Positions 58,619 through 64,000 of a DNA stretch of 64,000 nucleotides are shown here, piece by piece; within the stretch, counting starts at the first letter, position 1; each line of letters opens with the position of its first letter. Where the stretch lies: contig CAVRAL010000004.1 of assembly GCA_963719085.1 (NCBI GenBank), positions 448,001 to 512,000 of the forward strand, read 5' to 3'. Position numbers and translations under genes: made by a program. Below the pieces are notes generated by a model that was not told the DNA's origin, did not search any database, and was given only the letters and a program-made list of their open reading frames with translations. The DNA is from a candidate division FCPU426 bacterium. GTDB taxonomy: Bacteria; Oederibacteriota; Muellerivitia; Muellerivitales; Muellerivitaceae.

Positions 58619-58688
58619 TGTAAACTTATCAGAATTAATTGTAAACTAAATAAGATTAAATGTAAACTTACTTATAGAGATTGTAAAC
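58619..58688. repeat. Four TGTAAAC boxes at exact 21-bp period
   Basis: TGTAAAC at 58619, 58640, 58661, 58682 with AT-rich spacers, directly upstream of 57321-58598. Confidence 0.9.
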
Positions 58689-58759
58689 AACAGCACTTAG
58701 ATCTTAAAAGAACCTTTTAAGGGAAATATGGCCTATTTGAAATACATTTACTTCAGATA

Positions 58760-61084
58760 CTAGGAAAATGGCAGGTATTGATCCAGCGCCCGCTCGCCCA
58801 CGCCTTTGGCCCCCAGGGTATTGAGTTTGCCCCCCGGGCCATGGAAAAAGCCTTCCAGATCGGCGTGGACCCCATAGTCGAATAAGGCCTCCGGGCCGAT
58901 GGCGTCGCGCTTGAACAAACCCTTTTCCACCATATGAATGTACTGCTCGATGTCGGTGATAATTTCCACCCGATAGGTGTTGTCGCTGTTGGCCCGAATC
59001 ACTTTTAAATTATAGAGATGCTCGTTTTCGGCATTTTGCGGCAATACCACCCACTCGGGCACCCGGTTTTCCTCGATCAGCGCCCGCTTCAGCGCGGCCC
59101 CTTGCAGTTTGGCCAGCTTGTCCGTTTCGGCTTGGTCCAAGATAAGCACATAGGACAGCGTGTATTTGGCGTCGGGCGAAGTGACATCCTGAACCATAAA
59201 CCGATCCACCAGGTTGTCCCGGGCCGCGTTGCGGGAGGCCAGCGGAAACTTGATGTGCTTGTCCACCACGATTTTAGGATTCAGGCCCCTTAACTGCTTG
59301 GCTTGCCGGGCGCCGAGCCGGGACAAGGCGTCATCGGGGGCGATGCCCCGGTCGATGAGCTGTTTTCGCCGCTCCGGGTCATGGACAAAAAGCGGGGCCT
59401 GGGCCGCCAGCACCGAAACGTGATAGCCCTTTTCCTTGAAAGCTCTCGTGATCTTGTCGTTGCGGCCCTCGTAAGGGATGCCCGAGCCGTCGATATAAAG
59501 ATTGTGCCCGCCTTCCAGCGCCCGCGAGGTGATCAAATCCCGGACGGCGTTGCCGAACTGTTCGGCGGATTTGTAGTCGTCGTTGTGGTTGTTGGTGGCC
59601 GGATAAAGCCAATAGCGCTCACACTCGCTTCGGGCGTCATCCAGCGACGCCACCACCAGCGACCGGCCCTTGTTGCATTCCCGGTCCGCTATTTTTTTCA
59701 GGCCGCTTTTGCCTGAGGCCGAGCCCCCCATGGTCATATACATCCGTTTTTCACCCGCCGGGAGTATGTCCAAGACGAACTGCTGATCGGCGACCTCATC
59801 CACCCGGGGCAGCATGGCTTCCAGGTGGGTTCGCGCGATCGCGACGATCTTTTCGAGCGCCGGATCCTTTTGGGCCGACGCGGCCTTGCCGAGCTTCCCC
59901 ATCATTTGACGGACATGATTTTTCAGTTCCTCGCGTTTGAGTTCCCTCGTCTTCTCATTCGCCCGTCCCCGGCTCAGCGTGGTGAAATGGACGGGCACTA
60001 GGTCGGCGAAGCTCTCCACCCCGATCACCTCGGCCATCAAAACCTTTAAGCGGGCCAATTCACTTTGGGTTTGTCCGGGCAGGGCTTTTAAGGCAAGCCC
60101 GGTTAAGAAATCAACGTCCATGCAAAGAAGCCGGACTTGTCCCTTTTCATCCCTCGCCGGCAGTCCGTCCACGCTGGGGTTTTCCGACATGCTTTTAATT
60201 TTCGCCTTCACCGTGGCCCGAAGGTTTTGCTCGTCTTGGCTGGGAGCGAACCCTTCCACAAAATCACTTAAGGGCCGGGCTTGATCCAGTCCCACCCTCA
60301 ATTCGTCCATGGGCCGCGCCGAGGCCACGTGTTGCTCGATTTGTTTTTTTAAATCCTCCGTCAGGTCGACCAAGTGGCCGGTTTGGGTCACCAAATGCGT
60401 GCGCCATTGATTCACGGTTTTGGCGGCGAAGCGGAGCCCCGCGATCTCCACGTTGGATTCGGGCGGGTTGATGAACTGACTGCTGGAGGGGAAATGGCCG
60501 GGGCCGAAAAAGGCGGCGTTAAAACGGGCCTCGAGAAACTTGGCGGGCTCCTTTTCGAGGATCGGCTCGCCCCGGGTGAAATCGATCCCGCTGGGGAAAA
60601 GTTTCCGCCATTTCACGCCCAGGCCCATCTCCACGAACAGCGCGCCGCAGGCCAGGCTGGAGTTGTGCAATGGCACCTTATCCCGAAGATGCTCATAGAG
60701 CGTTTTAAGCGCTTCCGGGCCGTCCTCGGGCGAAAGGATCAACTGGCCCTGCTCGCCGTAGTTTTTTTGAACGAATTTGCGGAAGATGTCCCGCAGTTTG
60801 GTGCGGTTCTCATCGGTCATGTCGCGGGTATTGCAAAACTTGCCGCCGACCACTTTATGATGCTGGGAAGAATCCTCAAAGGCGTAATCGTAGATCCGGG
60901 TGAAGGCGGTGGCCAGATTCTCCGCCACCTCCTCACGCCCGCGGCCCCGGTCCGGGTCCGCCACGCTGACTTCCCGCGCGCCTTGGGCGTCCGTCAGCAT
61001 GACGACTTGGCAACGGTAGACGAATTCCAGCCGGACGGCGGCTTCGGTAGCGACCAGTTGGTCAAAGGGCGAGAGTGGGGCCAT
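58760..61084 (-). CDS. Large zeta-toxin-like P-loop kinase protein
   Basis: MTMGGSASGKS Walker A, SLDDAR, NLYIDGSG, FKEKGYHVSV; ~440-aa N-terminal extension. Confidence 0.7.
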   Translation of the reverse strand: MAPLSPFDQLVATEAAVRLEFVYRCQVVMLTDAQGAREVSVADPDRGRGREEVAENLATAFTRIYDYAFEDSSQHHKVVGGKFCNTRDMTDENRTKLRDIFRKFVQKNYGEQGQLILSPEDGPEALKTLYEHLRDKVPLHNSSLACGALFVEMGLGVKWRKLFPSGIDFTRGEPILEKEPAKFLEARFNAAFFGPGHFPSSSQFINPPESNVEIAGLRFAAKTVNQWRTHLVTQTGHLVDLTEDLKKQIEQHVASARPMDELRVGLDQARPLSDFVEGFAPSQDEQNLRATVKAKIKSMSENPSVDGLPARDEKGQVRLLCMDVDFLTGLALKALPGQTQSELARLKVLMAEVIGVESFADLVPVHFTTLSRGRANEKTRELKREELKNHVRQMMGKLGKAASAQKDPALEKIVAIARTHLEAMLPRVDEVADQQFVLDILPAGEKRMYMTMGGSASGKSGLKKIADRECNKGRSLVVASLDDARSECERYWLYPATNNHNDDYKSAEQFGNAVRDLITSRALEGGHNLYIDGSGIPYEGRNDKITRAFKEKGYHVSVLAAQAPLFVHDPERRKQLIDRGIAPDDALSRLGARQAKQLRGLNPKIVVDKHIKFPLASRNAARDNLVDRFMVQDVTSPDAKYTLSYVLILDQAETDKLAKLQGAALKRALIEENRVPEWVVLPQNAENEHLYNLKVIRANSDNTYRVEIITDIEQYIHMVEKGLFKRDAIGPEALFDYGVHADLEGFFHGPGGKLNTLGAKGVGERALDQYLPFS

Positions 61085-61213
61085 AATCGTTTTTCCACGA
61101 TTCCGCGGATTTTATCCCTGGGTTTGGACAAGGCGGGCGAGGACGGGACTGGCGTCATCATAAGCGTGGAGATTCCTGAATTCCAAGAGGGTAGAATAGG
61201 AATCGAGGTTCCA

Positions 61214-61759
61214 TTGAAACGAAAAAGAACATCCCCTGAAACGCGAAACGTTATCCGCCTGGACCGGAAGGCCATCTGTTCCATCGACCACCAATGCGTG
61301 GGCTGTTCCGAGGTTTCCCAATCTTGCTGTGCTAAATACGACGTCTGCGTCACGGACGCCGAGCTTAAACGGATCCTGCCCGTTTTGCCGGAGGCCGCCG
61401 AGCTCTGCCCCCACCTCAAAACCGAGGAGGGTTACGCCAATGTCTTTGAGGAAGCCGAAAAAGGCTTTCACACCATCGACACCCACGAAAACGGCCTTTG
61501 TGTTTTCGCCCATGTGGAAAAAGGGCTCATCCGCTGTTCACTGCATAGCGTTGAAAAGAAACTGGGACTGCCCTTAGGAACGGTCAAACCCGCGGTTTGT
61601 ATCCTATGGCCCCTGACCTTCGAGGAGCCGGGGAATGTTTTGACCCTGCATGACGACGCGCTGGGTTGCGCCTGTAGTTCGCCGAGAAAAGAACCTTCCG
61701 ATCTTATCTCCCCTGATTTGATGGCCACCATCCGGCATTTCGGCGGCCAACTGCCGTGA
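61214..61759 (+). CDS. Cys-cluster protein (YkgJ/DUF3109-like)
   Basis: CVGC..SCC, CVF, CSLH, KPAVCILWP; TTG start after GAGG. Confidence 0.7.
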   Translation: MKRKRTSPETRNVIRLDRKAICSIDHQCVGCSEVSQSCCAKYDVCVTDAELKRILPVLPEAAELCPHLKTEEGYANVFEEAEKGFHTIDTHENGLCVFAHVEKGLIRCSLHSVEKKLGLPLGTVKPAVCILWPLTFEEPGNVLTLHDDALGCACSSPRKEPSDLISPDLMATIRHFGGQLP

Positions 61760-62346
61760 AAAAAAACGCCGTCGATCCCGCGAAGCGAATCCTGATGCTG
61801 CACAAGCCCAAAGAGATCGTGGTCACCCGCCCGAAAAGTCCCGACGCGAAAACCGTTTATTCGCTTTTACCCGCGGAATTTCACGGCCAAGGTTGGGTCC
61901 CAGTGGGACGGTTGGATAAAGATTCCACGGGCCTGCTCCTGTTCGTTCGGGAAGGGTTCCTGGTGAGGCTTTTACAAACCCCCAAAAACATCGAGAAGGT
62001 TTACGAGGTTTGGGTCAAGGGACGTTTGAAGCCGGAACATCGGGTTAAAATTTTAGAGGGCGTTGAGTCCCCGCTCGGGCTGCTCAAAGCCAAAGCGATT
62101 TTTGTTCTGGGCGAAGTCGGACCCAATAGCTTGGTTCGAGTGGTTTTGGACGAGGGCAAGAACCGGCACATCCGCCGGATGTTCGCCGGGCTCAAAGACG
62201 TCGAGCGGAAGCGGTTCTTCAAGGTCCGGGACCTATCCCGCGTTTCCATCGGGCCGATTGAGTTGGATCTGGAACCGGGGCAATGGCGGTTCCTCAGCGA
62301 AGCCGAGTCCGAGGCCCTTGTGAATCGCGTCATGGAGAAAAGATAA
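61756..62346 (+). CDS. RsuA/RluB-family pseudouridine synthase (no S4 domain)
   Basis: HKP, VGRLDKDSTGLLL, KVYEV, EGKNRHIRRM. Confidence 0.93.
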   Translation: MKKNAVDPAKRILMLHKPKEIVVTRPKSPDAKTVYSLLPAEFHGQGWVPVGRLDKDSTGLLLFVREGFLVRLLQTPKNIEKVYEVWVKGRLKPEHRVKILEGVESPLGLLKAKAIFVLGEVGPNSLVRVVLDEGKNRHIRRMFAGLKDVERKRFFKVRDLSRVSIGPIELDLEPGQWRFLSEAESEALVNRVMEKR

Positions 62347-62396
62347 ATTCATTCTCCCCAAAGCCTCATTTTAGGGAATGATGGGGCCTAGCTGTG

Positions 62397-62537
62397 TGTC
62401 ATTGCGAGGGGCGTTTTTCATTAGTTTTAGCGACGAAGCAATCCCAGTTTATGGCTCCTGATACGCCGTATGATTTAGGCCTCGACAACCCACGAACTAA
62501 GATTGCTTCGTCACAAAATTCGTTCCTCGCAATGACA
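62397..62537. repeat. Palindromic REP/RPE-like element
   Basis: TGTCATTGCGAGG/CCTCGCAATGACA outer stem and GACGAAGCAATC/GATTGCTTCGTC inner stem. Confidence 0.8.
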
Positions 62538-62576
62538 GACTAACGCGCTACATTTAAGGCCGAAAAGGGGTTAACC

Positions 62577-62855
62577 ATGGGAACGAAAGCGAACCGAAAT
62601 TCAGGCATCAGCGGTTTTGTGTCCGATTTGTTGGAAAGCGACGGCCTCAACCTTTATGAAAAATGGTTCGCGCGTTTAAAACAGCTCAAATCCGCCGACG
62701 AAAAGGTGACGGATTTTGAGGTCCGGGATGAAATGCTCCAAGAAATCATCGCCTTGGCCGCCGAAGGCAATTCCCTTATTTTCGGCAAAAAGGATAAACT
62801 TTTGATCGAGGATCTTTTAAACCGTTTCTTGACGAAAGCCCATCTTTTACAATAG
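62577..62855 (+). CDS. Hypothetical protein
   Basis: 92-aa ORF with AAGGGG RBS. Confidence 0.55.
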   Translation: MGTKANRNSGISGFVSDLLESDGLNLYEKWFARLKQLKSADEKVTDFEVRDEMLQEIIALAAEGNSLIFGKKDKLLIEDLLNRFLTKAHLLQ

Positions 62856-62963
62856 TTGAAACCCCGGATTTCCCATTGAAAACCACCCCGGTTTCGGGAT
62901 AACCCTCAGTTTCCCCGCCTTTTTGCCGTTAGGGTATGATCTGTCCAGGAGACCCTAAGCCTT

Positions 62964-64000
62964 ATGCGGCCCATGCCATTCAAACTTTCAATCAGCCTCA
63001 AGCCGGCGTTCTTTTGCTTGGCTTTGCTTTGGCCCGCCGTCGGTTCGGCCCAATCCAACTATACCGTCGGTGAAACGGTGAGTTTCGTTATCACCGCGAT
63101 CAACAGCACCGGATCCAATTGGACCAATGTCACCATCGTGGACACCCTTCCCGCCAACCTGACTTATGTTTCCTGCTCGGGGGTGAGCACCTGTGGTTTG
63201 GTGGGGTCCGCCGTACACTGGCCCTTTCCCGTACTGGTGAATGGGTCGACCACCTCGGTCACTTTTATGGCCACGATCAATTCCTGCGTCCCCAACACTT
63301 ACGTGGAAAAAGCCTCGGTGGATGTGGGCTCCCCAATGGAGCAGCTTTTCACCAACGCGGTGACCGACACGATCGCCTGCCTGACCAACACGCCGACCAA
63401 TACGCCCACCCGCACCAATACGCCCACGGTCACCTGGACCGCCACCACGACGCCAACCTCAACCGTCACCCGAACAGCGACCGCCACTTTGACGCCCACT
63501 TGGTCCCCGACCTGGACCTCTAGTTTCACGCCGACCTTGACCTTTACGCCGACCTATTCTCCCACGATCACCAATACCCCCACCGCTTCCGGAACACCCA
63601 CCCCGACCCGCACTTGGACTTTATCCCCGACGCTGACGCCGACCCCCACGCCGACCTTGTCCCCGACCGAAACCCTGTCGCCGACCATGACATCGTCCCC
63701 CACCGTGACCTCCAGTTTTACGGTCACGTCCACCCCCACCGCTTCACCCACGGTGACCCTGACGCCGTCGGCCACCTTCAGCCCGACCCCCACCGAAACC
63801 GCCACTTGGACTCAAACCCGGACGCCCACCTCGACACCGACCGAAACCGCGACTCGGACCCCCACGAAGACGCCCACCGACACCTTAACCGCCACCCCGA
63901 GTTTCACGAGAACCTTCACGCCGACTGAAACCATGACGCCGACCATCACCTCCACGCCGACGATTACCTCGACCCCCACCGAAACCGCGACGCCCGGACC
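62964..64000 (+). CDS. Exported DUF11-like domain protein with long Thr/Pro repeat (runs off window)
   Basis: Frame open from ATG 62964 to the window end: signal peptide, [15 protein letters not shown], then TPT repeats; absent from ORF track for lack of a stop. Confidence 0.8.
   Translation, partial: MRPMPFKLSISLKPAFFCLALLWPAVGSAQSNYTVGETVSFVITAINSTGSNWTNVTIVDTLPANLTYVSCSGVSTCGLVGSAVHWPFPVLVNGSTTSVTFMATINSCVPNTYVEKASVDVGSPMEQLFTNAVTDTIACLTNTPTNTPTRTNTPTVTWTATTTPTSTVTRTATATLTPTWSPTWTSSFTPTLTFTPTYSPTITNTPTASGTPTPTRTWTLSPTLTPTPTPTLSPTETLSPTMTSSPTVTSSFTVTSTPTASPTVTLTPSATFSPTPTETATWTQTRTPTSTPTETATRTPTKTPTDTLTATPSFTRTFTPTETMTPTITSTPTITSTPTETATPG

Noticed and set aside
58619..58688. CRISPR array or plasmid iterons
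   Set aside because: Repeat is only 7 bp with 14-bp spacers; no cas or rep gene adjacent; an operator array fits better
60374..61213. Long N-terminal extension of ORF 60374-61759
   Set aside because: Antisense to the zeta-like gene; the Cys-cluster domain starts near TTG 61214 with an RBS
63380..64000. Repetitive ACG/CCG/ACC DNA (also 51640-51900 and 17990-18300)
   Set aside because: Explained by Thr/Pro-rich protein linkers

Overview
Bacterial genomic window. The GC-rich backbone encodes many Thr/Pro-rich exported proteins; taxonomy cannot be assigned from sequence alone. Left backbone (1-18.5 kb): RNase II-family nuclease, HAD hydrolase, TPR protein, msrA, SDR, an OmpR-type two-component system with two matching upstream boxes, glutathione peroxidase, and one operon joining a caa3-type oxidase (fused subunit I/III) to a Rieske/cytochrome b-c complex. 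Centre: a ~32 kb integrative element inserted in tRNA-Asn(GTT), bounded by a perfect 47-bp direct repeat (18530-18576 / 50509-50555), with paired TGACAC arm-type sites near both ends. Its core module is RadC/JAB, an EVE-like/DUF3883 nuclease, an RHH protein, a replication-relaxation-like protein, a highly structured putative origin, xis and a tyrosine integrase. Its cargo is acid/metal-stress related: P-type H+-ATPase, PPK2, an arsenic operon (arsI, aquaporin, arsC) headed by an unusual MerR regulator, chrA, a P1B-5 ATPase, a Fic gene flanked by phased repeats, and an ATP-grasp/serC cluster. Right backbone: repeat lipoprotein, double histidine kinase plus receiver, GGDEF protein, a small basic ORF, a wHTH-HATPase-STAS gene behind a 4x21-bp phased array, a large zeta-toxin-like protein, pseudouridine synthase and a truncated DUF11/Thr-Pro protein. 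Family calls come from motif recognition by eye; no database searches were run.
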